Of a DNA stretch of 60,461 bases, positions 12,093 to 24,166 are shown piece after piece; position 1 is the stretch's first letter; each line of letters starts with the position of its first letter. The DNA lies in NCBI GenBank assembly GCA_963695875.1, contig CAVOID010000001.1, forward strand, positions 1 through 60,461. The letters run 5' to 3'. The notes below the pieces were generated by a model. The model saw only the letters and a list, made by a program, of their open reading frames with translations. It had not been told where the DNA came from and searched no databases. Origin of the DNA: an uncultured delta proteobacterium. Lineage in GTDB: Bacteria; Desulfobacterota; Syntrophia; Syntrophales; UBA2185. Both the position numbers and the translations under genes were made by a program.

Positions 12093-12350
12093 TTCACGAA
12101 TTCCTGCGGGGTTTAAATGCCATGACCGGAAGAACCAGGAAGGTCAGGGCTACAACTTGTTTCATCTGCCTTCCTGCATTATTTGATAATTATATATTAG
12201 TTAATATATACCAATTCTGCAATCCAAAATTCATTCGTAATAATTAAAGTGTTGTCCTTATGCATTGAGATAAATTGGAAGAGATGGTAAAGAGACTCAT
12301 CGGAAATGTTTTTTGATGGCTTGAATCAATCCGAAAGAAGGATATGTCTT

Positions 12351-13868
12351 ATGAACTTCATTGCCGAAATTGTTTTTTTTGCGGTCGGAGTTTGTTTGGG
12401 GGTATTATGTGTTTATCTGTTATTCAGATCTAAACGGGCAACTCTGACTGAGAGAATAAGAAACAGGGAGGTACAGTTGCAGGAGTTGCAGTCTTCTTTT
12501 GAGAAGACGAGGGAAGAAATTTATTGTCTGCATGAGGAAATTAAATTGCAGTCAGACAGACGCTCTGCTGCGGAGGAGAAGAATACACGTATACCTGAGC
12601 TTGAATCTGCGATTTCAACTAAAGAGAATAAAATAGCTGAGCTGCAAAAGGAAAATACCGATTTGAAGGAAAAGATGTCGGAGGTTGAGACGAGACTTTC
12701 GGAAGAGCGGAAAGCAGCAGAAGAAAAACTAAAACTGCTCGACGAGGCCCGGCAGAAATTGTCTGATGCATTCAAGGCACTGTCTGCGGATGCACTCAAG
12801 AGCAGCAATCAATCATTTCTGGAACTGGCAAGAGAGACACTGGAAAGGTACCAGGAAGCCGCAAAGGGCGATCTGCAAACACGGCAGAAAGCCATTGATG
12901 AACTTGTCAAACCATTGAAGGAGTCCTTGGATAAAGTTGACGGTAGGATTCGGGAAATTGAAAATGCGCGTACAACTGCTTATGTTACTCTTACGGAACA
13001 GATAAAGTCACTTTCCACAACTCAGAACCTGCTTCAGGCTGAGACGACGAACCTTGTCAGGGCGCTCCGGTCGCCTGTAGTACGGGGCCGCTGGGGTGAG
13101 ATCCAACTGAAGAGGGTAGTGGAAATAGCCGGTATGGTTGAATACTGCGATTTCTTGCAACAGGAATCTGTTACAACTGAAGACGGTCGCCTGCGTCCGG
13201 ACATGGTCATAAAGCTTCCTAACGATAACAATATTGTGGTGGATTCCAAGGCGCCCTTGCAGGCTTATCTCGAATCATTGGAAGCCCAGGATGAAGCAAC
13301 TCGCGTAGTGAAATTGAAGGAGCATGCCCGGCACATCCGTACACACCTCATGAGTCTGGGGACAAAGACATACTGGGATCAATTTAAGCCGACTCCCGAA
13401 TTTGTCGTGCTTTTTCTGCCGGGGGAAACCTTCTTCAGTGCGGCCCTTGAGCAGGACCCGGGCTTGATCGAGTTCGGTGTAGATCAACGTGTTATACTTG
13501 CAACACCTACTACCTTAATCGCATTATTGAAGGCGGTTGCATACGGTTGGCGCCAGGAGAAAATTGCGGAAAATGCCCAGGAGATAAGCAATCTTGGCAG
13601 GACACTCTATGATCGCATCGGAGTTCTAGCCGCATATTTTTTAGAAATGGGGAAAACCCTTGATAAAACGGTAGACCTCTATAATAAAGCCGTTGGTTCA
13701 CTGGAAGTGAGGGTACTCGTCACTGCGCGCAAGTTCAAAGAGCTGGGAGCATCGACGGGAAAAGACATAGAAGTTATGGAAAATGTGGATAGATCTACGA
13801 GGTCATTGCAATCGCCTGAAATGGCCGTTGATCCGTCGGAAGCAGATGATAGTGATAGTGATAGTTAG
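12351..13868 (+). CDS. rmuC: DNA recombination protein RmuC
   Basis: N-terminal TM, coiled coil, [37 protein letters not shown]. Confidence 0.93.
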   Translation: MNFIAEIVFFAVGVCLGVLCVYLLFRSKRATLTERIRNREVQLQELQSSFEKTREEIYCLHEEIKLQSDRRSAAEEKNTRIPELESAISTKENKIAELQKENTDLKEKMSEVETRLSEERKAAEEKLKLLDEARQKLSDAFKALSADALKSSNQSFLELARETLERYQEAAKGDLQTRQKAIDELVKPLKESLDKVDGRIREIENARTTAYVTLTEQIKSLSTTQNLLQAETTNLVRALRSPVVRGRWGEIQLKRVVEIAGMVEYCDFLQQESVTTEDGRLRPDMVIKLPNDNNIVVDSKAPLQAYLESLEAQDEATRVVKLKEHARHIRTHLMSLGTKTYWDQFKPTPEFVVLFLPGETFFSAALEQDPGLIEFGVDQRVILATPTTLIALLKAVAYGWRQEKIAENAQEISNLGRTLYDRIGVLAAYFLEMGKTLDKTVDLYNKAVGSLEVRVLVTARKFKELGASTGKDIEVMENVDRSTRSLQSPEMAVDPSEADDSDSDS

Positions 13869-13886
13869 ATTGTTGAGGAAGAAGAC

Positions 13887-15056
13887 ATGAAGTATTTGCA
13901 ACATAAAAGATCGAAAAATTCTATAATGATTGCTTTAATTAAAAGGTGTTTCCGTATTCTTATGTTCACTTTTTACGTGGTGTTGTTGACAGGGACACCT
14001 GCGCGGGGTGATCTCCCTATTCTTGAGCCACCTTCTTCCAATTCGATGATTTCATCTGTTAATATCACGGGGCCGCTTAATTTTTGTGGAGAGGCCGTTC
14101 CTCTGGATAAACAGGAAGTGCGCGAGCGACTGGAGAAGGAACTACTGGTTACTCTCTGGAATCGTCCTCAGATTATCCTCTGGATGAAAAGATCCGGCCG
14201 TTATATGCCTTTCATTGAGGAAACATTGAAGCAGAATAATATGCCGGAGGACCTCAAGTATCTGGCAATAATAGAAAGTTCGCTGATATCCCATGTGAGT
14301 TCTTCAAAAGGCGCAAAGGGATACTGGCAGTTTATAGAAGAGACAGGAAAAAGATATGGCCTTAAGGTCGATTCGGACATTGATGAACGCAGAAATTTTT
14401 TTTCATCCACCAGGGCCGCCGTCAGTTATCTGAAAAAACTTTATGAATACTTTGGTTCGTGGACATTGTCAGCCGCAGCCTATAATATGGGAGAAGAAGG
14501 TTTGAAAACAGAGATGATGGTTCAGAAAGAAGGTAACTATTATAATCTCTATCTCCCGGTTGAGACACAGCAATATATTTTCCGGGCAATTTCTGTAAAG
14601 GTGATTTTATCCAACCCTAAAAAATACGGATTCGAATTGACGAAGGAAGACCTTTATCCACCCTTGCAATTTGATCATGTCGAATTGATGTGTGATCAGG
14701 ATACTCCCGTCTCCATAATCGCTCAGGCTGCAGAGACATCTTTTAAGGTTATAAGGGACCTGAACCCTGAAATCAGGGGACACTATCTGGTCAAGGGGCG
14801 GCATATCATTCTGGTACCCAGAGGTACTGCTGAGGGGTTTCAGACCAGGTATGAAGATCTATCAAAAAAATGGCTGGCAGAACGCAAAGAACACATTTAT
14901 GTGGTCAAAAAGGGAGAGAGTCTCTCTTCAATTGCTACCCGGTTTAATGTGCCGCTGCCGGCTCTGCTCATATGGAACAATCTGCGGACTATAAAACATG
15001 TTAAGCCCGGAGATCGGCTCTTTATTTTTCCGGACGAAGGAAAATATAAGAAATAA
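13887..15056 (+). CDS. Lytic transglycosylase (MltD-like) with a LysM domain
   Basis: YLAIIES, GYWQF, DERR, AAYNMG, ETQQY; C-terminal YVVKKGESL LysM. Confidence 0.88.
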   Translation: MKYLQHKRSKNSIMIALIKRCFRILMFTFYVVLLTGTPARGDLPILEPPSSNSMISSVNITGPLNFCGEAVPLDKQEVRERLEKELLVTLWNRPQIILWMKRSGRYMPFIEETLKQNNMPEDLKYLAIIESSLISHVSSSKGAKGYWQFIEETGKRYGLKVDSDIDERRNFFSSTRAAVSYLKKLYEYFGSWTLSAAAYNMGEEGLKTEMMVQKEGNYYNLYLPVETQQYIFRAISVKVILSNPKKYGFELTKEDLYPPLQFDHVELMCDQDTPVSIIAQAAETSFKVIRDLNPEIRGHYLVKGRHIILVPRGTAEGFQTRYEDLSKKWLAERKEHIYVVKKGESLSSIATRFNVPLPALLIWNNLRTIKHVKPGDRLFIFPDEGKYKK

Positions 15057-15290
15057 ACCACGATATGATATGACTTTCGCATCTGATGAATCCCACGATC
15101 AGGGATTTGGTTCAGAGGTAAGGGACGTTGAGAGAATGACTGAACATTCGTGAAGAACCATATTTCACTATGGCTTTGAACATACTTTTCTCTAAGAAGT
15201 AATCATCATAATATGTTAACGTCTTGACAATCTGAATTTAATGATTATTAATTAATAGGATAATATTAATGGAGAGGAGGATAGGAAGGT

Positions 15291-17237
<1,947 letters not shown>

Positions 17238-17300
17238 TTAATAGGTTCAAGTTTAAAGATTCAAAGTACAAGGTTCAAGGCAGAGACATGAACCAATAAG

Positions 17301-17355
17301 AAATCCCTCCTAACTCCCCTTTGTACATCCACCAAAGGGGGGAGGGAGGGGTTTT
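17301..17355. repeat. CCCCTTT/AAAGGGG palindromic repeat between convergent genes (terminator-capable)
   Basis: AAATCCCTCC..TCCCCTTTG...CAAAGGGGGG.GGGAGGGGTTTT; related copies at ~46936-47040 and 49164-49210. Confidence 0.6.
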
Positions 17356-18352
17356 AATCTGTTAGGTCTTTGGCGGTCTGTATTAATCCTCTCAGAAGAT
17401 TAGACATCTTATTAAAATCAAGAGTATCGATAGAATCCCTGGCTGTGTGATAATTCGGGTTTCGGTAAAAGGCGGTATCAGTAATCATAACGGCAGGATA
17501 ACCCATTTTCCAGAATGAACGATGGTCAGAAAAGTCGATGCCGGGGATAAAACTGACCGTCGACAAGGTTGCAACGGGGATACTGGGACTTTCGTAAAGG
17601 GAATTTTTAACCTTTTCCACAAGGTTCCTCGAACTCAAATTGCCCACAATAGCTATGAAATTCGGAGTGGATGGATACATAAGATTCATCAGGGGAAGGG
17701 GGAAAGTCTGACCGCCTTTTTTATCGGTATAATATCCCAGCATTTCAAGGGAAATCATTGACTTAATATTTTCATTCCTACCTTTAGCCTCCATTGCATA
17801 GACATAACTTCCCATATATTTAGATCTGAAGAGCGGAGATTCTTCGTTGACAAAAAAAATCAACTTTAATGTCCTTGCGGGTGAAAAGCTTTTCAATATC
17901 CGGCACATTTCTAGAAGGATGGCCACAGCGCTGGCATTGTCATCGGCACCGGGCGTACCATATACGGAATCATAATGCGCTCCGATTATAACCGTTTCAT
18001 CCGGAAGTCTTATACCGTCTATTGACATGATGATGTTGCTGTATTCTTTTCCGTCATAATTGTAGCTTTGAAGTGCGGGTACAAAACCGAAATCTTCAAG
18101 GCAGGAGACGATGTAATCCTTTGTTGCTGTTATTCTATCATATTCATAGACGCTCCTCGAACCAATATGGACGCTTAAGTGTTCTACATGCTTATATAAC
18201 CGGTGAACATCTCCACTCTGAGTCGAGGCTGGTCTGGTAACAGATACGGAAGGAGTAAATCGTATTTTGAGCATGGAGTAGATAAGAAATGCGGCAAGAA
18301 AAATTATGATTAAGAAAATATAAAAAATCATTTTTTTCATCGCTAAGAGCAA
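17354..18352 (-). CDS. M28-family peptidase, membrane-anchored
   Basis: GAHYDS, GADDNASA, NEE, LEMLGY, SDH, NYH. Confidence 0.9.
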   Translation of the reverse strand: MLLAMKKMIFYIFLIIIFLAAFLIYSMLKIRFTPSVSVTRPASTQSGDVHRLYKHVEHLSVHIGSRSVYEYDRITATKDYIVSCLEDFGFVPALQSYNYDGKEYSNIIMSIDGIRLPDETVIIGAHYDSVYGTPGADDNASAVAILLEMCRILKSFSPARTLKLIFFVNEESPLFRSKYMGSYVYAMEAKGRNENIKSMISLEMLGYYTDKKGGQTFPLPLMNLMYPSTPNFIAIVGNLSSRNLVEKVKNSLYESPSIPVATLSTVSFIPGIDFSDHRSFWKMGYPAVMITDTAFYRNPNYHTARDSIDTLDFNKMSNLLRGLIQTAKDLTD

Positions 18353-18506
18353 TTGCTATTCATTCTTTACGAACTTTTCTTTAATATCCCTTTAGATAGT
18401 ATATCTTAAAAAAGAACAACATAAAAATTATTTTGATGTTTGAAGAATGATAATTCATACTCAACAGAAAAATGAAGAGTTAAAGGAACTGTGTGCGGTT
18501 TTCCTC

Positions 18507-18535
18507 TTGAAAAGAACCTTCCTTTAGGCTATAGG
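18507..18535 (+). promoter_or_regulatory. Sigma70-like promoter of tRNA-Val
   Basis: TTGAAA-17 bp-TATAGG just upstream of the tRNA. Confidence 0.5.
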
Positions 18536-18546
18536 AAATCAATACC

Positions 18547-18621
18547 GGGCGGTTAACTCAGTGGGAGAGTGCTACCTTCACACGGTAGAAGTCACTGGTT
18601 CAAATCCAGTACCGCCTACCA
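18547..18621 (+). tRNA. tRNA-Val(CAC)
   Basis: Cloverleaf; anticodon arm CTACC-TT-CAC-AC-GGTAG; GGTTCAAATCC T-arm; encoded CCA. Confidence 0.96.
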
Positions 18622-18924
18622 ATGATATTAATAGTTTAACCATTTGCGGTTAGACTTTTTATTGATTAGCAAATTGTAACGAGTTCCTGAAGAATAGCAT
18701 ATTCCAGATCTGCAAGCTGCTTTCCTTATTCATTCGTTTCATAAGGTCTGCATATATACTTCAGTATCACTGGATCAATTTCTGAGTTTGTCAGGTATAT
18801 AATCTTGTTCACAAACTGTGCCTTCACTTTCTTTAGTCTAGCCTCTATTAATCTGTTATATCAGTTTCCAGCCTGGCGTCCTGGGATCTTTAGTGAACAT
18901 GAATATAGATAGAACCTAACTTTT

Positions 18925-20175
18925 ATGAAGAAAGAAACGAAAGCAGAGCAGCTGCTCATCGACGAATTGAAAGTTATTCTAATGAAGCTCAATGAATCGG
19001 AAGAATCAGAATCTCAGGACAAGGAAATCCAAGGCGCTCTTCAAGATTTGCTGTTTGCCATCCTCGATGCCATTCCTCATGCAATCTTGGGTTTGAAGGA
19101 TCGTATGATTATCTCTGCGAATCATGCAGTGGAAACTGTATTTGGCTGGCAGCCTGATGAATTAGTTGGTCAAAGCATCAGGGTCTTATACCGATCTGAA
19201 GAAGAATATGAAGAAATGTCAAAGCGCTTTTATCCCGCTCTTGAACAACGGAGAACATACTTTGATGAGTTTTTCTTCCGGCACAAAGATGGACGGGATA
19301 TTATATGCATGGTTGGTGCATCAAGAATAGGTGACCTTCTCAAGGAAAAAATGATTGTGGCCACTTACGAAGACATTACCGGGCGTAAGCGTGCAGAGGA
19401 AGAGTTGCGGGAATATCGGGGATATCTCGAAAAATTGGTGGACGTGCGAACGAATGATCTGAAGAATGCCAATGAGCTGCTAAAACATGAAATTACCGAA
19501 CGTAAACAGGCGGAGGAACTTTATAGAACACTGGCCGAAAAATCTATCACCGCCGTTTTTATTATGCAGGACGGAAATTTTCGCTTTATTAATGCCACCG
19601 CTATCGGTTATGCCGGCTATACTCCGGAGGAGTTGATTGGTAAAAATGCCATGTTCTTAGTACACCCGGAAGACAGGGAAGCCGTTAAGAAAAAAGCCCG
19701 TGAGATGCTACAAGGGAAAGACACGACACCATATGAATACAGAATTGTAACCAAACAGGGACAGGTCAGGTGGATAATGCAAACAATTACTTCTATTCAA
19801 TATGAAGGGAAGCGCGCCATTCTTGGTAACGCCATGGATACTTCCGACCGCAAACGTGCAGAGGAAGAGCAACGCCGTCGAGAAAAACTTCAGGGTGTCC
19901 TGGAAATGGCCGGAACTGTTTGCCACGAAATGAATCAACCGATGCAAATCATATCCGGATATTCTGAGCTCTTGTTAATGAAGACTTCTGAAAATGACCC
20001 AATCCATAAAAAACTCAGTGCAATAATAGAGCAAATTCGCAGGATGAGTACCATTACGAGAAAATTAATGATGATTAAAGATTACAAAACACAAGATTAC
20101 ATTGGTTTTGGCCGAATTATTGACATTCATGATGATTCTGACCAAAATACTGAACAACCTGAAAAGAAAGTTTAA
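18925..20175 (+). CDS. PAS-PAS-HisKA protein without an HATPase domain
   Basis: Two PAS/PAC units (EDITGRK, MDTSDRK), H-box VCHEMNQP; the protein ends about 80 residues later. Confidence 0.85.
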   Translation: MKKETKAEQLLIDELKVILMKLNESEESESQDKEIQGALQDLLFAILDAIPHAILGLKDRMIISANHAVETVFGWQPDELVGQSIRVLYRSEEEYEEMSKRFYPALEQRRTYFDEFFFRHKDGRDIICMVGASRIGDLLKEKMIVATYEDITGRKRAEEELREYRGYLEKLVDVRTNDLKNANELLKHEITERKQAEELYRTLAEKSITAVFIMQDGNFRFINATAIGYAGYTPEELIGKNAMFLVHPEDREAVKKKAREMLQGKDTTPYEYRIVTKQGQVRWIMQTITSIQYEGKRAILGNAMDTSDRKRAEEEQRRREKLQGVLEMAGTVCHEMNQPMQIISGYSELLLMKTSENDPIHKKLSAIIEQIRRMSTITRKLMMIKDYKTQDYIGFGRIIDIHDDSDQNTEQPEKKV

Positions 20176-20187
20176 GAGACGGTCATA

Positions 20188-20598
20188 ATGGTCACTTTTC
20201 GTGAGAAAAAAATCCTGGTTGTAGACGATGAAGTATCCATATTAACTATGTTAAAAGAGATTTTTTACTATGAAGGCTATTCGGTTCGAACCGCTGAAAG
20301 TGCTGAAGAAGCCTTGAAGATCCTTGAAGGAGAAAGTATCAAGGTCATGTTTTTAGACCTCAGACTTCCCGCTATGAGCGGTATCGATTTATGCTGGAAA
20401 ATTCGAGAAAAGGATCAGATTAGCATTATCTATGCTTTTACCGGATACAGCACTTATTACGGTCTTTTAGAGTGTCGCGCTGCCGGGTTTGATGATTTTT
20501 TTGTCAAACCTGTTGAAACTAAATTACTCTTGCAGGCAGCTAAAGATGCATTTGAAAAACTCGAAAGGTGGAAAGTTCGTGACTATGAGCTTATATAA
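20188..20598 (+). CDS. Single-domain response regulator
   Basis: ILVVDDE, FLDLRLP, FTG, KP. Confidence 0.9.
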   Translation: MVTFREKKILVVDDEVSILTMLKEIFYYEGYSVRTAESAEEALKILEGESIKVMFLDLRLPAMSGIDLCWKIREKDQISIIYAFTGYSTYYGLLECRAAGFDDFFVKPVETKLLLQAAKDAFEKLERWKVRDYELI

Positions 20599-20613
20599 AG
20601 GAGTCATCCCTCA

Positions 20614-21604
20614 CTAAGGTACAGAGATTTTCAAAGTTCCCCCCCTGCCCAGAATGTCATGAATATGTATATACCCCTTTAGTGTGTTTTTTTTGTCCAC
20701 AACAACAAGGGTGGTGATCTCGTCCTTTTGCATGTATTCTATAGTATTGGCAAGAGATGCGTTTTCCTCGATAGTCTTGGGCGACGGTATCATTACATCA
20801 TCAATGGCCTTGTCCCTGAAATCCTCCCCTCTTCGTACCAGGCGTCGCAGATCACCGTCTGTCAGTATGCCGGTCAGGCAATTCTTCCTGTTGGTGACAA
20901 GAATGAATCCCTTATTTCCTCTGTCCAGTTCCTCAATTGCCTGCATGAGGGATATTCCGGATTGAACTTTGGGTATCTGTGCGCCTGTTATCATGACATC
21001 TCTCACCTTGGCTCTGAGGCGTTGTCCCAGATTCCCTGCGGGATGAAATTTATAAAAATCCTTTTCATTGAAGTTTCTTTTCTCAATAAGGACTACCGCC
21101 AGGGCATCTCCCATAGCTAAAGAGGCAGTAGTACTTGAAGTTGGGGCCAGACCGAAGGGACAAGCCTCTTTTTCCACACCAACATCGATCACAATATCAC
21201 TTGCTTTTGCAAGCGTTGAGGATAGGTTACCAGTAAAGGCGATGAGGGGTGCGCCGATCTCTCGGACACTGCCTATGATCACATTAAGCTCATCGGTTTC
21301 TCCACTGTTTGAAATTGCTAACATGACATCGTCCTTTGTTACGATGCCTAAGTCTCCGTGCATGCCTTCTATGGGGTGGAGGAAAATGGCAGGCGTGCCG
21401 GTGCTCGTAAGGGTGGCCACAATTTTTTTCCCGATCAATCCGGATTTGCCTATGCCAGCTACGATGACCCTTCCCTTTGACTTGTAAATTATTTCAACGG
21501 CCTTCTCAAAATTGGCATCCACTTTATCGATGAGATGCTAAAATACTCTCCGCTTCAATTCTCAGGACCTCTATCGCCCGCTTTATTGATTTACTTCTTT
21601 TCAT
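20614..21604 (-). CDS. kdsD: KpsF/GutQ arabinose-5-phosphate isomerase (SIS plus CBS; frameshift near 21535)
   Basis: GIGKSG, HGDLG, APTSSTTA, FHPAG, TDGDLRR; N-terminus MKRSKSIKRAIEVLRIEAESI from ATG 21604. Confidence 0.9.
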
Positions 21605-21856
21605 TCACTGCTGCCTTTCTGCCGTAAAAATTTAATATTTTCTCTGTCGATTTGCGGGATAGCATTCCCGTCTGTCACCCACCTACCAGAAATTGAAATT
21701 CATGACAAGATCGATTTTTTTTATGGCAGGTGTCTCGATATTACGCCAGCGGCATGACGGGCGTCTCACCTGTCTGATAAATATGATGTGTTTTGTTGAC
21801 ACCTCATGAGCTTATATTATATCTAAGAAGTAAGTCACGATTGTCCCCTTCTGTAT

Positions 21857-23389
21857 GTGGATGGGGCTTCTAAATTTTCTGGAGCCTACAGTATGATGGC
21901 TTTTTTCAGGGGCAAATGGCACTGGTATATCGGTATTGGATTTGGGTTGCTGTTCCTCCTCCTGCTTGCCATCCGTCTCGACGTATTTAAGTGGGGACAG
22001 TCCCAGTTCTTTCAGGCAAAAGATGGGACAATCCCCGGTTTAGGCAGTTCTCAAACGTTTCAAAATAAAGAAACGTGGATGAATATTTCTCAGAGCGGAC
22101 GCAAGATCGGGTATGCCCACAGGCTTTTTTCCAGTACGGAGAAAGGGTATCATTTTGTCGAATCCGTTTTTATGCAGATCAACACGATGGGCGTTGTACA
22201 GGGGATGACCTTCAAGACGGACGGGCATCTGAATCTCGATATGACCCTGTCTTCTTTTGATTTTGACCTTCGTTCGAGCCTCTTCAGCTTTAAGGCGCAC
22301 GGAGTTGTAAACGGTAAGCAGGTGACTCTGTATACGGAAATACCTGGTTCAGAGAAGAAAACGGTCATTGCCCTTAAAGAAGTGCCGCATCTGGCTAATG
22401 GTATTCTTGAGTCCGCCCGTATTGCAGGAATGAAATTGGGCGAGAGCAGGATTTTCCATGTCTTTGATCCGGCAACTATGGGCCAGAGACCCGTAAAAGT
22501 GACAGTACTGGGCGATGATATGCTCACGATAATGGGCCAAGATCGAAGAGCCCGGAAGGTATCTGTTGATTTTATGGGAGCCAAACAGCTTGCCTGGATT
22601 GGAGAGGATGGCGATATTTTGAAGGAACAGGGTATTCTGGGGATCACCCTTGAACAGGTTACAAAACATCAGGCATTAGGTGGGCTGACACTCACATCGG
22701 GTGCCGACTTGACAGAAATTGCTTCTGTCCCGTCGAATATTGTCATTTATGAGCCCGGTGTACTAACATCGCTGAAGGTGAAGATATCCAATGTAGAGAA
22801 AGATAACCTCAGATTAAACGGAGACAGACAAACATTAAAAAAAGATATGCTGGTCATTCAGAAGGAGACAATTCCAACGCGGCCCCTCCGGGAAACAAGC
22901 ACGACCGGTAATGAGGACTTTCTCAAGCCGAGCCCCTTTATACAATCTGACCACCAGAAGATCGTAAGCAAGGTACGGGAAATTATCTCTCCCGAGGATC
23001 CGGTTGCCGTTAAGGCATCAAAACTTGTAGCATGGGTGTATAAAAATGTGGAGAAGAGACCTGTGCTGTCAGTCCCCAATGCCCTTGAGACGTTGAACAA
23101 CCTTGTCGGTGATTGCAATGAGCATGCCGTTTTACTGGCGGCTCTCGCCCGTGCTGCGGGTATTCCGGCACAGGTGGAAGCGGGCCTTGTCTACCAGAGA
23201 GGAAGATTTTACTATCATGCCTGGAATGTACTTTTTATCGGAACATGGATTACGGCGGATGCCGTTATGGGTCAGATGCCGGCAGATGTTACACATATTC
23301 GATTTGTTCGCGGGGATGCGGATCAGCAGGTCGATCTGATTGGCGTTATAGGGAAGGTGCGGATCAAGGTTATAGAGAAATCAAGATGA
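21857..23389 (+). CDS. Membrane-anchored transglutaminase-like protein
   Basis: N-terminal TM; GDCNEHA, YHAW and W...DA catalytic-triad motifs. Confidence 0.85.
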   Translation: MDGASKFSGAYSMMAFFRGKWHWYIGIGFGLLFLLLLAIRLDVFKWGQSQFFQAKDGTIPGLGSSQTFQNKETWMNISQSGRKIGYAHRLFSSTEKGYHFVESVFMQINTMGVVQGMTFKTDGHLNLDMTLSSFDFDLRSSLFSFKAHGVVNGKQVTLYTEIPGSEKKTVIALKEVPHLANGILESARIAGMKLGESRIFHVFDPATMGQRPVKVTVLGDDMLTIMGQDRRARKVSVDFMGAKQLAWIGEDGDILKEQGILGITLEQVTKHQALGGLTLTSGADLTEIASVPSNIVIYEPGVLTSLKVKISNVEKDNLRLNGDRQTLKKDMLVIQKETIPTRPLRETSTTGNEDFLKPSPFIQSDHQKIVSKVREIISPEDPVAVKASKLVAWVYKNVEKRPVLSVPNALETLNNLVGDCNEHAVLLAALARAAGIPAQVEAGLVYQRGRFYYHAWNVLFIGTWITADAVMGQMPADVTHIRFVRGDADQQVDLIGVIGKVRIKVIEKSR

Positions 23390-23431
23390 TGACGGCGTAG
23401 ATCAGTTTGCAATTTTTTGCAAGAGTATTAG

Positions 23432-24166
23432 ATGATAGAATTGAAAAACCTGACAAAGCGGTATGGGAACACTCTGGCTGTAAACAATATAAGTCTTTCT
23501 GTCGCGAAGGGTGAAATATTCGGGTTCATCGGCCCGAATGGTGCGGGGAAAACCACCACCATCAGAATGATGGGCGGTGTCCTTGCGCCTACGGAGGGTT
23601 CCGTTATCATCGATGGGATCAATATGGCCGATGATCCGGAAAGTGTAAAAAGAAGGATCGGTTTCATACCCGATAGGCCCTTCCTCTATGAAAAGTTGAC
23701 GGGTATGGAATTCATGAGGTTTTCGGCAGACCTTTACAGCGTTGATGAAAGGATATTTTTAGAAAAAGCCCAGGCACTCTTGAAGAAGTTCGCCATATTT
23801 GATTGGGCCCATGAACTCATAGAGTCCTATTCCCACGGCATGAAACAGCGGCTTATTATTTCCGCAGCGCTCCTTCATGATCCTGCGGTTATTGTTGTAG
23901 ATGAGCCAATGGTGGGTCTTGATCCCGCGGCCATAAGAATGGTCAAGGATATGTTGTGTGACCTGGCTAAGAATGGGACAACCATTTTTATGTCTACCCA
24001 TACACTGGCGGTTGCCGAGGATATCTGCGATCGTATCGGCATCATCCACAGAGGATCGATTATTGCCATCGGTACCACAGGCGACTTGAAGCGGGATGCC
24101 GGGATTCAGGAAGCTGATCTGGAACAAGTGTTTTTAATACTGACAGAGGAACAGACAGTTCCATGA
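23432..24166 (+). CDS. ABC transporter ATP-binding protein
   Basis: GPNGAGKT, YSHGMKQR, VVDEP. Confidence 0.93.
   Translation: MIELKNLTKRYGNTLAVNNISLSVAKGEIFGFIGPNGAGKTTTIRMMGGVLAPTEGSVIIDGINMADDPESVKRRIGFIPDRPFLYEKLTGMEFMRFSADLYSVDERIFLEKAQALLKKFAIFDWAHELIESYSHGMKQRLIISAALLHDPAVIVVDEPMVGLDPAAIRMVKDMLCDLAKNGTTIFMSTHTLAVAEDICDRIGIIHRGSIIAIGTTGDLKRDAGIQEADLEQVFLILTEEQTVP

Noticed and set aside
15082..15116. CTGATGA plus stem as a hammerhead ribozyme or fluoride riboswitch
   Set aside because: No GAAA core and no fluoride 5' GATG pseudoknot; probably a simple hairpin
15180..15290. CIRCE operator before groES
   Set aside because: TTAGCACTC-N9-GAGTGCTAA is not present; only a TTGACA at 15224
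18640..18830. Possible gene remnant after tRNA-Val on the minus strand
   Set aside because: Translation has a stop and no recognisable family
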